Shown here: positions 29,603-38,893 of the stretch, in pieces | How the letters are laid out: every line of letters starts with the position of its first letter | Numbering within the stretch: the stretch's first letter is position 1 | DNA from: Pseudomonadota bacterium | Lineage (GTDB): Bacteria > Myxococcota > JACRCW01 > JAFGSX01 | Direction of reading: 5' to 3' | Assembly: GCA_043821645.1 (NCBI GenBank) | Contig: JBDRCO010000037.1 | Location: 1-64,000, forward strand | Length of the DNA: 64,000 nucleotides | Notes under the pieces: generated by a model | Seen by the model: only the letters and a program-made list of their open reading frames with translations | What the model was told of the DNA's origin: nothing | The model's database searches: none | Position numbers and translations under genes: made by a program

Positions 29603-31705
29603 TCAGTCTCCCAAGGTGACGTCGAGCTTCTCGGTCTTGCCCGGCTGGATGGTGACCTTGCGGGTGTTGTCGATGCCCGCGCTCTCGTTTACCAGCTTCA
29701 CGGTGTGCCGACCCGCAGGGAGCTCTTCCTTGTACAGGGGGGTTGACCCGTAGGGTTTGCCGTCGATGAAGACCTTGGTCCAGGGCGTGGTGCGTACCGA
29801 CAAGAAACCGTTGCCCGTCTCGATCGCTGGCGTGGGCGTGGTCACGGTCGGGGTCGTCGCCGGTGGCTTCTTGGTCGCCGGTTTGCCGCGGCTCTTGAAC
29901 AGTGGAAAATTGAGCTCGCGTGTCTCGCCCGGCTGCAGCGATAGCTCTGTGGACATGGGCTCGTAGCCACTTTTCTCGATCGCAAGCCGGTAGCGACGTG
30001 ACGGTTCGAGCGTGGACAGCGTCAGGGGTGTCTTGCCTGCGGCTGCGTCGTCGAGCTTGACCAGTGCACCTGTGGGCACACTGTTGACAGCCAGCCGTGG
30101 CGCCTGGACCGGTGCTTTCTCGCTCAGGGTGGTCTGCTCCCCCTCGGTCAGGGTCAGCGTCTTGTCGAGGACGGGCCTGTTCGGAAGCTTGAGCTGGACC
30201 TGATGGGGACCCGCCGGGAGTCCGGTGATCAGGGTCGGGACCTTTTCTGGCCACGGCTTGTCGTCGATGAAAACGCCAGCGCCCACGGGTTCCTGAATGT
30301 CCAGGGCCGTTCCCGCGAACGGTTTCATGCGTCTCAGGTTGTTGGTCTTGCCCTCGATCAGCGTCACCTTCTTGATCATCGGCGGGCGGCCTTCGATCTC
30401 GAGTCGGACCTCGTGCACGCCGACAGGGAGCCCGGTGACGATGGTGGGTGCTCGCTCCCTCCACTCCTTGTCGTCGACAAAGACCTGGGCGCCGCGCGGA
30501 CCCTCGATCTCCATCACCACGTCCGAGTTCGATCCAGGCGTCTGCAACAGGCGCAGGCTCCCGATGCCTGCGGCGGCCAGCACCAGGGCACCCGCCACCA
30601 CTCCCAGGACCAGGTTCCGGCGACCTCTCCTGGCCTGGTCCAGCGTCTCCCTGCTGTCACCCAAGTGCTGCGATCCCGAAAAACGCTGTCCTGTGGGGGT
30701 GATGCCGCCAATGCCGATCACTGCTGCAAAGGGTGACTCGCTGGTCGGGGTGAGGTCGTGCAGGTCCTCCTCGACCTTCTCGGCCAAGACGTCCCGCACG
30801 TAGGCCGAGACCGCGCTCTCGCCCACCGGGGTCGGTGTGCTGTCGAGAAAGGCCTGGATCGCTGCCGCGGCGTCGGCACAACGCGGGAAGCGGGCCTCCC
30901 GATCGCGCTGCAACATGCGCATGATGATGGCGTCCAGTGGCACAGGAAAGTCCGGCACCACCGTCGAGGGTGCCGGGATGGGCTCGTGGATCAGCTTGCG
31001 CAGGGTGATCAGGTCGTTGTCAGACTTGAACAGGCGGCGGCGGGTGGCCATCTCCCACAGCACGACGCCGAGGGAAAACTGGTCACTTCGTCCATCGAGA
31101 TCCGCGCCCGCGGCCTGCTCGGGTGACATGTAGGGGAGCTTGCCCTTGACCATGCCGGTGCGGGTGCGGGTCGAGCGGTTGGCCGCTCGCGCCACGCCAA
31201 AGTCCACCACCTTGGCCACGCCGTCCAGGCGGACCATGATGTTCTGCAAGCCGACGTCCCGGTGCACGATGCTCAGGGGCTTGCCATCGGTGTCGACGGC
31301 AAAGTGCGCGTGGTCCAGGGCCAGAGCGGCATCGTGAACGATCTTGGAGGCGACAAGGTAGGGGATGGGCTTCTTGGCCTTGATTGAACTCTGGATCAGG
31401 CGGCCCAGGTGGTCACCTTTGATGTACTCCATGGAGATGATGTAAACGCCCTGCCACTGCCCCACCTCGTAGATGTTGACGATGTTGGGGTGGTTGAGCG
31501 TGGCTGCAACGCGTGCCTCGTCTAGAAATTGATCGAGAAAGCCTTCCTCCTCGACCAGATCCGGCAGCATGGTTTTCAGGATGACCAGGCGATCAAAACC
31601 CGCCACGCCGGTCTGTCGCGCGAGAAAGATCTCTCCCATGCCACCGACCGCAATGCGCCGGATCACACGGTACTTTCCAAAGACCAGGTTCTCGCCTTCT
31701 GCCAC
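29603..31705 (-). CDS. Membrane Ser/Thr protein kinase with C-terminal PEGA domains
   Basis: GGMGEIF, HRDV, DFGVA, GKLPYMSPEQ, SDQFSLG; TM segment; repeated GA.V.IDD/G.TP PEGA units. Confidence 0.93.
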   Translation of the reverse strand: MAEGENLVFGKYRVIRRIAVGGMGEIFLARQTGVAGFDRLVILKTMLPDLVEEEGFLDQFLDEARVAATLNHPNIVNIYEVGQWQGVYIISMEYIKGDHLGRLIQSSIKAKKPIPYLVASKIVHDAALALDHAHFAVDTDGKPLSIVHRDVGLQNIMVRLDGVAKVVDFGVARAANRSTRTRTGMVKGKLPYMSPEQAAGADLDGRSDQFSLGVVLWEMATRRRLFKSDNDLITLRKLIHEPIPAPSTVVPDFPVPLDAIIMRMLQRDREARFPRCADAAAAIQAFLDSTPTPVGESAVSAYVRDVLAEKVEEDLHDLTPTSESPFAAVIGIGGITPTGQRFSGSQHLGDSRETLDQARRGRRNLVLGVVAGALVLAAAGIGSLRLLQTPGSNSDVVMEIEGPRGAQVFVDDKEWRERAPTIVTGLPVGVHEVRLEIEGRPPMIKKVTLIEGKTNNLRRMKPFAGTALDIQEPVGAGVFIDDKPWPEKVPTLITGLPAGPHQVQLKLPNRPVLDKTLTLTEGEQTTLSEKAPVQAPRLAVNSVPTGALVKLDDAAAGKTPLTLSTLEPSRRYRLAIEKSGYEPMSTELSLQPGETRELNFPLFKSRGKPATKKPPATTPTVTTPTPAIETGNGFLSVRTTPWTKVFIDGKPYGSTPLYKEELPAGRHTVKLVNESAGIDNTRKVTIQPGKTEKLDVTLGD

Positions 31706-31807
31706 GAGTGAAATCTACCGCAGAATCGGACAAATCGCCCAGAAACTGCCCTGTTGCGGGTCGGTCTACGAACTTGTCGGGTGCCCGGAAAAAGTGCCCG
31801 CCGTCCC

Positions 31808-33811
31808 TCAGGCCCGCGCCACGCGCAGGACGTGGGCAGGCAAGACCCGGGGATCCAGGCGGACGTAGTTGTCACCCGCGCGCCAGGTGTAGACCGCGTC
31901 GGTGAGCAGGTCGGTGACGTGGAAGGTGTTGTCGGGGCTGCTACCCACGAGTTCGATCGGCACATGCACCGTGCCTTCGTGCACCTGGTGCGGGTCGACG
32001 TTGACCACGACGATCACCACATTCTCGCCATCGGGGGTGGCCTTGGCAAAGGCCAGGATCCCGGGCGAGGTGCTGTCCAGGAGCCTGAAGTTGGCGGCCA
32101 GGCGCAGGGCGGGGTTCTGGTGACGCAGGGAATTGGTCCGGGCGACAAGGTGGGTGATGTGTCCTTCTTTCTGCCAATCCCTGTTCTTGAATTCGTACTT
32201 CTCGCTGTCCAGATACTCCTCGCTGCCCTCTCGCAGCGGCGTGTTCTCGCACAGCTCATAGCCCGAGTAGATGCCGTAGCTTGGCGACAGGGTGGAGGCC
32301 AGCACCAGGCGCGCGATGAAGGCGGGACGGCCACCCTGCTGCAGGTAGGCGTGCAGGATGTCCGGCGTGTTGGCGAAGAAGTTGGGCCTGTAGAAGTCCG
32401 CCACGTCGGTGTTGAACAGCTCGAGAGCGTAGCTCGCCAGCTCGCTCTTGGTGTTGCGCCAGGTGAAGTAGCTGTAGGACTGGCTGAAGCCCAGCTTAGC
32501 CAGGGTGTACATGCGCTTGGGCCGCGTAAAGGCCTCGGCCAGGAACAGCACATCGGGATGCTCGCGGTGCACGCTGGCGATGAGCCATTCCCAGAAGGTC
32601 GCGGGTTTGGTGTGCGGATTGTCGACGCGGAAGATCTTGACGCCGTGCTCGACCCAGAACAAGAAAACCTCGAGCAGCGCGTTGTAGAGTCCGTCTCGGT
32701 CTCGGGTGTCGAAGTCGATGGGATAGATGTCCTGGTATTTCTTGGGTGGGTTCTCGGCGTACTTGATGCTTCCGTCGGGGCGGTGCGCGAACCACTCAGG
32801 GTGCTCGGTCACCCACGGGTGATCGGGTGAGCACTGCACCGCGAGATCGAGGGCAATCTCCAGCCCCAGAGCCTCGGCGTGAGCACGGAAATGGTCGAAG
32901 TCGTCCAGGGTGCCGAGCTCTGGATGCACGGCCGTGTGGCCTCCGTCCGGGCTGCCAATGGCCCAGGGACTTCCTGGCTCACCGCGCTTGCACAGCGGAT
33001 TGTTGTTGGCACCCTTGCGATGGCTGAGGCCTATCGGATGGATGGGCGTGAGGTAGAGCACGTCGAAGCCCATGGCTGCGATGGCAGGCAGCCGCTGCTC
33101 GGCCTCGCGAAAGGTTGCGCCGCGGCCCGGGACCTGCCCCTGGGAGCGCACGAAGATCTCGTACCAGGCGCTGAAGCGAGCCCGCTCGCGATCCACCCAC
33201 AGCGGGATCTCGAAGGGGTAGAGGGTGGCATCGGTCCGCGGATCGTTGCGCTGCATGAGTTCGGCGAGGCGGGGGTGCAGCCCCAGCTCGACTCCATGCT
33301 CGACGCTGTCGGCAGCGCGCATCGCCGCCAGGAACTCCTGGATGTCCTTGTGGTCGCGGCCCGCCGTACCCTTGCCGTAGTTCTCGACAATGGCCTGCCC
33401 CTCGAGCAACTCGCTCTTCAGGTCAGACTGCTGGGCCTCGTGCTTCTTGCGCAGCTCCTCCCGCCAGGTCCAGAAACGGTCCGTCCAGGCGAGCACGGTG
33501 AAGGCCCAGGGGCCGATGGCATCGACCTCGAAGCGGCCGTGCCAGCGATCGTTGACGCCCTCGGTCAGGGGCGCCTCGCGCCACCCCTTGCGGGTGCGCC
33601 TCGATGCCACAGCGAGTTCTTGTACAGGAACGCGCTCACCCGGTGCCAGAGGCCGCCACAAAACGACCGCGCGGAGCTGATCGTGGCCGTCCTTGTAGAT
33701 ATCGGCGCCCACCTGCAGGACGTCCCCGGCCACGGCCTTGACCTCGTAGCGCCCGCCGTCGACCTGGGGGGTGACGCCCTGGATACTGATGCGTCTTTGC
33801 TCGATGCTCAT
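31808..33811 (-). CDS. glgE: Alpha-1,4-glucan:maltose-1-phosphate maltosyltransferase GlgE
   Basis: DGHD, SAWYEIF.RS, GSPWAIG, AENPPKKYQDIYP, FRVDNPHTKP, LAEAFTRP, NTPDIL. Confidence 0.96.
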   Translation of the reverse strand: MSIEQRRISIQGVTPQVDGGRYEVKAVAGDVLQVGADIYKDGHDQLRAVVLWRPLAPGERVPVQELAVASRRTRKGWREAPLTEGVNDRWHGRFEVDAIGPWAFTVLAWTDRFWTWREELRKKHEAQQSDLKSELLEGQAIVENYGKGTAGRDHKDIQEFLAAMRAADSVEHGVELGLHPRLAELMQRNDPRTDATLYPFEIPLWVDRERARFSAWYEIFVRSQGQVPGRGATFREAEQRLPAIAAMGFDVLYLTPIHPIGLSHRKGANNNPLCKRGEPGSPWAIGSPDGGHTAVHPELGTLDDFDHFRAHAEALGLEIALDLAVQCSPDHPWVTEHPEWFAHRPDGSIKYAENPPKKYQDIYPIDFDTRDRDGLYNALLEVFLFWVEHGVKIFRVDNPHTKPATFWEWLIASVHREHPDVLFLAEAFTRPKRMYTLAKLGFSQSYSYFTWRNTKSELASYALELFNTDVADFYRPNFFANTPDILHAYLQQGGRPAFIARLVLASTLSPSYGIYSGYELCENTPLREGSEEYLDSEKYEFKNRDWQKEGHITHLVARTNSLRHQNPALRLAANFRLLDSTSPGILAFAKATPDGENVVIVVVNVDPHQVHEGTVHVPIELVGSSPDNTFHVTDLLTDAVYTWRAGDNYVRLDPRVLPAHVLRVARA

Positions 33812-33858
33812 GGTTGGTCCGTCCTCGATACGAGAGCCGCGGGTCCCGCGTGCCGCAC

Positions 33859-35496
33859 TCAGGGTTGAAGCACGAAGGGCTGCCCCGTCTTGTACTTGAA
33901 AAAGAACACGTCGCCGGCAGCAAGCCGCACGTCCAGTCGGCTGTGGTTGCCATCGATCGGCGTCAGGGACTTCTCGACGACGTTGCCCGTGGCTTGCTCG
34001 AGCTGAAGCAGGGTGCTGCGGTCTACCGTGACCGGCGCGCTCGAAAAATCAAACTCGAGCCGCGCGGTCCCTGGATTGTTGCTGTCGATGGGCCAGTCGC
34101 CGTGGGCGTGGCGCACGTTCTGGACCATGGCGTAGGTCTCGCCGGCGTCGTCGACGAAGAAGCCGACCAGCAGCTCCAGAAAACTGTTCCCCGGAGCGGG
34201 CTCGAGGGCACTGAGGAAGGGATCCTGACCGGCGCCGGCACTCCAGGCCGAGGTCCCGGCGGGCTGGGTCACGGCCCAGGTCGACTGATAGCGCACGTCG
34301 GTGCTGGTCAAGAGCACCAGGGCACGCCCGAGGTGAGCCAGCTCGGTGTTGAGCTGGGCTGCGTTCGCCCACTCCGCGGTGGTGGCCGACGAGAAGTCTC
34401 CCTTGATGGAGAAGAACGCCGGGACGAGGTCAGGATTGGTGGGTTCGATCTGGTACAGGAACCAGGTGTGGCCTGTGTAGCCATAGACCGCTCCCGAGAA
34501 CGCGTCCCAGCGTAGATCCGAAGCATCCAGGGGATCGTCGCCATCGGCGGCGTAGTACGACTTGAGATAGCGCCAGTAAGGCGCACCATGTGCGAGGGCC
34601 CTTTCTCTGAACAGTGCAAGCTTGCCGTAGGCACTATTGCTGCGGGTGTAGGCGTCGTAGCTGAGGATGTCGCCGCCCCAGTTTCCCAGGTACTCATCAC
34701 ACATGCGCTCGACCTCGTCGGCGCCGCTCATGTGGTTCATGACGATGAGCGCACCCGGATCCGCGCCGCGCACCGCATCGAAGCCCGCGCGCATGCTCAG
34801 GAACTCTGCGTAGTCGCCGGGCTCGTCCCACAGCTGGTAGCCGATGCGACCGGCTGGTGGCGTCGTCAGGCCCCCCAGGAGCTGGCCGTTGGCCGAGCTG
34901 TTGCCAGCCTGGTTGAGCCAGGACAGCCAGCGCAGGTCCGAGCGTCCCGCCGCCGCCCAGCCCGCCTGCTCGTCGGGCAGCCCGGTTTGCCACAGGTGCA
35001 CCGCGGTGGCGTGAAAGCCGTCAAAGTAGGCGTGGACGAAGTCCGCAGGCGGAGCCGCCATCACCACCGTGAGCCCGCTAATGAACATCGGATTGTCGCG
35101 TACCCATTGCAGGGCGCGCGAGCGCGGGGGCATCGCAGCGTCGGCGGACGAGGCATCCGGCCCGGCCGCGTCCGGGGACGTGTCGGGCATCGATCCGTCA
35201 GACGCGACGATCAGATCGGGCTGGCCCAGGTCGCCTGGAGCGAGGTCCGGGACCGCTGCGTCGAGGGGAGTGCTGCGGTCGGGCGCGCTCGCCGAATCCC
35301 GAGCCACGTCCGTCGCTGGCACGTCGGCGCGTCCCGAATCCGTGGCCGCATCGATGGCAGCACCCGCGCCGTCCTCGCTGGAGCCACTGTCCTGCACCAC
35401 GGAAGGAGCCGGGCAGGCTCCCAGGCACAGCGACAATGCCAGCAGCGCCAGGGCGCCACGACGCGCTGGGTAGGGCGACAAAGGAGAGCAGGTCAT
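33859..35496 (-). CDS. Lipoprotein with Asp-periodic linker and putative glycoside hydrolase-like domain
   Basis: Lipobox LGAC; GYQLWDEP, ILSYDAY, LRWDAFSGAVYGYTGHTWF; 4-bp overlap with glgA. Confidence 0.6.
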   Translation of the reverse strand: MTCSPLSPYPARRGALALLALSLCLGACPAPSVVQDSGSSEDGAGAAIDAATDSGRADVPATDVARDSASAPDRSTPLDAAVPDLAPGDLGQPDLIVASDGSMPDTSPDAAGPDASSADAAMPPRSRALQWVRDNPMFISGLTVVMAAPPADFVHAYFDGFHATAVHLWQTGLPDEQAGWAAAGRSDLRWLSWLNQAGNSSANGQLLGGLTTPPAGRIGYQLWDEPGDYAEFLSMRAGFDAVRGADPGALIVMNHMSGADEVERMCDEYLGNWGGDILSYDAYTRSNSAYGKLALFRERALAHGAPYWRYLKSYYAADGDDPLDASDLRWDAFSGAVYGYTGHTWFLYQIEPTNPDLVPAFFSIKGDFSSATTAEWANAAQLNTELAHLGRALVLLTSTDVRYQSTWAVTQPAGTSAWSAGAGQDPFLSALEPAPGNSFLELLVGFFVDDAGETYAMVQNVRHAHGDWPIDSNNPGTARLEFDFSSAPVTVDRSTLLQLEQATGNVVEKSLTPIDGNHSRLDVRLAAGDVFFFKYKTGQPFVLQP

Positions 35497-36650
35497 GGCT
35501 TCTTCTCGTCGACAAGCTCCTGGTACATCTCCAGCGTCTTGCTCGCGATGGAAGCCCACGAGAAGTGGTCCACCACGCGTTGTCGGCCGGCCTTGCCCAT
35601 GCGCAGGGCGAGGGCAGGATCTCGCAGCACGTCGTTGATGCGCCGGGCCAGGGCCTGTGCATCGCCCGGCGGCACCTGGAAGCCCGTGGTCCCGTCGACT
35701 ACCACTTCCTGGATACCGCCCACGGCGCTGGCCACCACCGGGGTCTCGCAGGCCATGGCCTCGAGGTTGATGATGCCGAAGGGCTCGTAGACCGACGGGC
35801 AGCAAAACACCGAGGCGTGGGTGTACAGTTCGATGTACTGGTCCTCGCGCAGCATGGTGTTGATCCACAGAGCGCGTGGCTGCTGGGCGATCTTGGCAGC
35901 GATCTCCTGCTCGATCTCCGGCGTGTCCGGGGCGCTGGTGCAGCAGACCAGGCGGACACCCGGGTCCACGTGCTGCATGGCGTCGATGAGGTGCACCATT
36001 CCTTTCTGGCGGCTGGTGCGCCCCACGAACAGGATGTAGGGCCCCTCGATCTCGTACGCGCGCCGCGTGGCCTGGCTCGCACTGGGGGTCCATACATCGA
36101 GATCGATGCCGTTGTGGATAACCCGGATCCGTCGCTGGTCGACGTCGAAGTGCTCGAGGATCTCACCCTTGGCGTGGTTGGAAACGGCGACGATTCGGTC
36201 CGCAGCCTCCAGGGCGACCTTCTCGACCCAGGTGGTCAGGTGGTAGGAACGGCCAAGCTGTTCCTCCTTCCACGGCCTCAGCGGTTCGAGGCTATGTACC
36301 GTCGCCACGTAGGGAACCTGGTACAGCTGCTGCGCCATGTAGCCGGAGAGTGCGGCATACCAGGTGTGCGAGTGCACCAGGTCGGCATCGATGGCGTCTC
36401 GGACCATGGATAGGTTGGTCGAGAAGGTGCCGAGGGCGCTGTTGAACTTGGGGTTGTGGCCCTCCCACATGCGGTTCCAGGCACCGAAGCCGTGCACGGC
36501 GAGCTGAGGCTCGTCGCTGCGCTGGTCACCCATGCAGCGCACCTCGACGTCGATGAGCCGTGACAGCTGCCGGGTCAGGTTCTTGACGTGCACGCCGGCG
36601 CCACCGTAGATCTGCGGCGGATACTCCTTGGTGAAGAAGCAGACCTTCAT
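35493..36650 (-). CDS. glgA: GT4 glycosyltransferase of the actinobacterial GlgA/GlgM type (maltose-1-phosphate synthase-like)
   Basis: EYPPQIYGGAGVHV, HSHTWYA, HSLEPLRPWKEEQLG, YEPFGIINLEAMAC. Confidence 0.9.
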   Translation of the reverse strand: MKVCFFTKEYPPQIYGGAGVHVKNLTRQLSRLIDVEVRCMGDQRSDEPQLAVHGFGAWNRMWEGHNPKFNSALGTFSTNLSMVRDAIDADLVHSHTWYAALSGYMAQQLYQVPYVATVHSLEPLRPWKEEQLGRSYHLTTWVEKVALEAADRIVAVSNHAKGEILEHFDVDQRRIRVIHNGIDLDVWTPSASQATRRAYEIEGPYILFVGRTSRQKGMVHLIDAMQHVDPGVRLVCCTSAPDTPEIEQEIAAKIAQQPRALWINTMLREDQYIELYTHASVFCCPSVYEPFGIINLEAMACETPVVASAVGGIQEVVVDGTTGFQVPPGDAQALARRINDVLRDPALALRMGKAGRQRVVDHFSWASIASKTLEMYQELVDEKKP

Positions 36651-37921
36651 CGGGTGACCTCCGTCCGCTTCACGCTGCTCCCCGACGCCACCTCACCCGC
36701 GAAGTCCTCTCCCCGGGCATCGGCGTGGACCACGCAGTTGCGCCCGATGCGTGCACCGGCCGGCACTCGCACGTCCATGCCAAACACGCTGGCACCGCAG
36801 GTCAGCGAGCCCCGCATCTCCGTCGACGGGATGCTCTCGCCTCGACCCACCTGGCACCCCGGGCCAAAGTGGACCCGCTTGTCGGACACCACGCCGCTCA
36901 GCTGCGCCGCGGTCTCGACCACCACGTCCTCCCACAGCACACAGTCGTCGACCACGGCGTCCTTCTGAACGTGAACTCCGCGGCTGAGCACGCTGTTGCG
37001 CACCGTGCCCTCGATCACGCAGCCCGGGCAGACCAGCGAGTTCTCGACCACGCCACCGGGGAGCACGCGGGCCGGTGGTGCCGGGTGCGAGCGCCGAGCC
37101 ATGACATTGGAGCGGACGTCCCACAGGTTGAGATCGACGGCCGGGTCCGGCCCGAGGAGCTTGTGGTGAAAGGCCACATACTCGTCAAGGGTGCGGGTGT
37201 AGTGCCATTCGCCGTGGAACACGTAACCGTAGGCCCGGCGTCGCGGGATCATGCGGTGCAGGATCTCGTGGATCTCGAAGGTGGCTCCCTCCCGTCCAGC
37301 CACCGCGGTCGACAGCTCGTCCAGCAGCACCTGGCGCTTGAAGAGATAGACGCCGATCGAGGCCAGGTTGGTCCTCGGGTACTCGGGTTTCTCGACGAAG
37401 TTCATGATCTGGCCGACCGCGTTGATCTCGCCGATGCCATAGCGCGAGGGGTCCTCTTCCATGGGCTTGAAGGCCATGGTGAGGTCGGCGTCGCGCTCGC
37501 GGTGGAAGTCCAGCAGGGGCCTGTAGTCCATCTTGCTGACATGGTCTCCGGACACCACCAGCACGTGCTCGGGTGCATGGCGCTGGATGAAGTCGATGTT
37601 CTGGTACAGGGCGTCCGCCGGGCCTCGGTACCACTCGCCGGCGCCCGGTCCCAGGTATGGGGGCAAAAAGCGCACCGTCCGATCGGTGCCGACGAGGTCC
37701 CAGGCCATGCCGCTGCCCACGTGATCCATGAGTGACGACGGGCGATACTGCGCCAGGATGCCGACCTGACCGATGCCCGCGTCTGCCAGATTGGTCAGGG
37801 CGAAGTCTATGGTCCGGTAGGCGCCCCCGAACACCACCGCGGCCTTGGCTCGCCGCTCGGTGAGCACACCCAACTCGGGTACCCGGCCACCGGCAAAGAT
37901 CATGGCAACGATGCGATGCAT
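36647..37921 (-). CDS. glgC: ADP-glucose pyrophosphorylase family protein (GlgC, divergent N-terminal loop)
   Basis: RAKAAVVFGG.YR.IDF.L.N, WYRG.ADA.YQN, SGDH, FVEKP, C-terminal beta-helix. Confidence 0.85.
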   Translation of the reverse strand: MHRIVAMIFAGGRVPELGVLTERRAKAAVVFGGAYRTIDFALTNLADAGIGQVGILAQYRPSSLMDHVGSGMAWDLVGTDRTVRFLPPYLGPGAGEWYRGPADALYQNIDFIQRHAPEHVLVVSGDHVSKMDYRPLLDFHRERDADLTMAFKPMEEDPSRYGIGEINAVGQIMNFVEKPEYPRTNLASIGVYLFKRQVLLDELSTAVAGREGATFEIHEILHRMIPRRRAYGYVFHGEWHYTRTLDEYVAFHHKLLGPDPAVDLNLWDVRSNVMARRSHPAPPARVLPGGVVENSLVCPGCVIEGTVRNSVLSRGVHVQKDAVVDDCVLWEDVVVETAAQLSGVVSDKRVHFGPGCQVGRGESIPSTEMRGSLTCGASVFGMDVRVPAGARIGRNCVVHADARGEDFAGEVASGSSVKRTEVTR

Positions 37922-38065
37922 GGCGATCTCCTGTTCCGTGAGGCGCGGCGGCCATTCTATACACGGTCGCCGGGTCGCGGGACCCCTGGTTGGAACTCGA
38001 GTTGGGCTGCGCGTTCAGGCTCGCGTGGTGCTCCCGGGTGTCGGCCAGGGGGGGGCCACGGCCTT

Positions 38066-38773
38066 CTACCACAGCGAGGTTCGCCAGCGGCCGGACCCCA
38101 GGTCGCCATGGCCACGCCGTGCCATGATCTCGTCGAGAAAAGCAAAGAAGTTGGTGCGGGTGTGCTTCACGTTGAGCTGCCGTGACCAGATGCGAAGTAC
38201 CTCGCGATCCACCGCGCGCTGCGTCTCGTCGTCCACGATCAGCTGCTCCAGGGCATCGCGCGCCCGGGAGCTGGATGGCCAGGCCCGGGGACACTCGCTG
38301 GGCGGCTGCTGCGCGAGCATGCCCGGGGGAGCCCGGCGCTGCGCCACGCGGTTGGCAATGATGGGGAACACGCGGCAGGCTTTTGGTCTCTGCGCATGGA
38401 CGCTGCACTGGAGCTGCCCACCCACCCGGCGAACGAACAGGCAGCGGCGCTTCCGGCGCTTCAGGGCGAGCTGGTGCTTGTGCTGGCCAAGGCGAACCCA
38501 CCAGGTGGGAGCATCGTGGTGATAGGGAGCGAAGGTCGCAAAGGCTCGCCACTCGAGACCGAGCTCGCTGCGGAGCCGGTACGCGTCGACGACGTTGAGG
38601 GGGACCACGTACGTGGTGCAGCAGGGTGCCGGGCAGCCAGCGCACACGTCGGCGGTCTCGGCATCTGCAGACCATGGACGATGCTCGTAGGCCGAGGTCG
38701 GGTGAATGCTGCACCCGGTCAAGGAGGCAAAGCGCGCAAGCACGCTGGAGGTCCCGTCTTCTGGCTGTGGCAC
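38066..38773 (-). CDS. YkgJ family cysteine-cluster protein
   Basis: CAGCPAPCC, CLF, CSVHAQRPKACRVFP; start codon uncertain. Confidence 0.75.
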   Translation of the reverse strand: MPQPEDGTSSVLARFASLTGCSIHPTSAYEHRPWSADAETADVCAGCPAPCCTTYVVPLNVVDAYRLRSELGLEWRAFATFAPYHHDAPTWWVRLGQHKHQLALKRRKRRCLFVRRVGGQLQCSVHAQRPKACRVFPIIANRVAQRRAPPGMLAQQPPSECPRAWPSSSRARDALEQLIVDDETQRAVDREVLRIWSRQLNVKHTRTNFFAFLDEIMARRGHGDLGSGRWRTSLW

Positions 38774-38893
38774 GTGAACGAGATTAGCACCGATGCCGAT
38801 TCGATTCCCTGGTGACCGGCGCCTTGACCTCGGCGGAGGTTTTCGTTCTTTATACCCCCTCTGATCGATCCACCTTCGGTGCGGGGGTATGCG

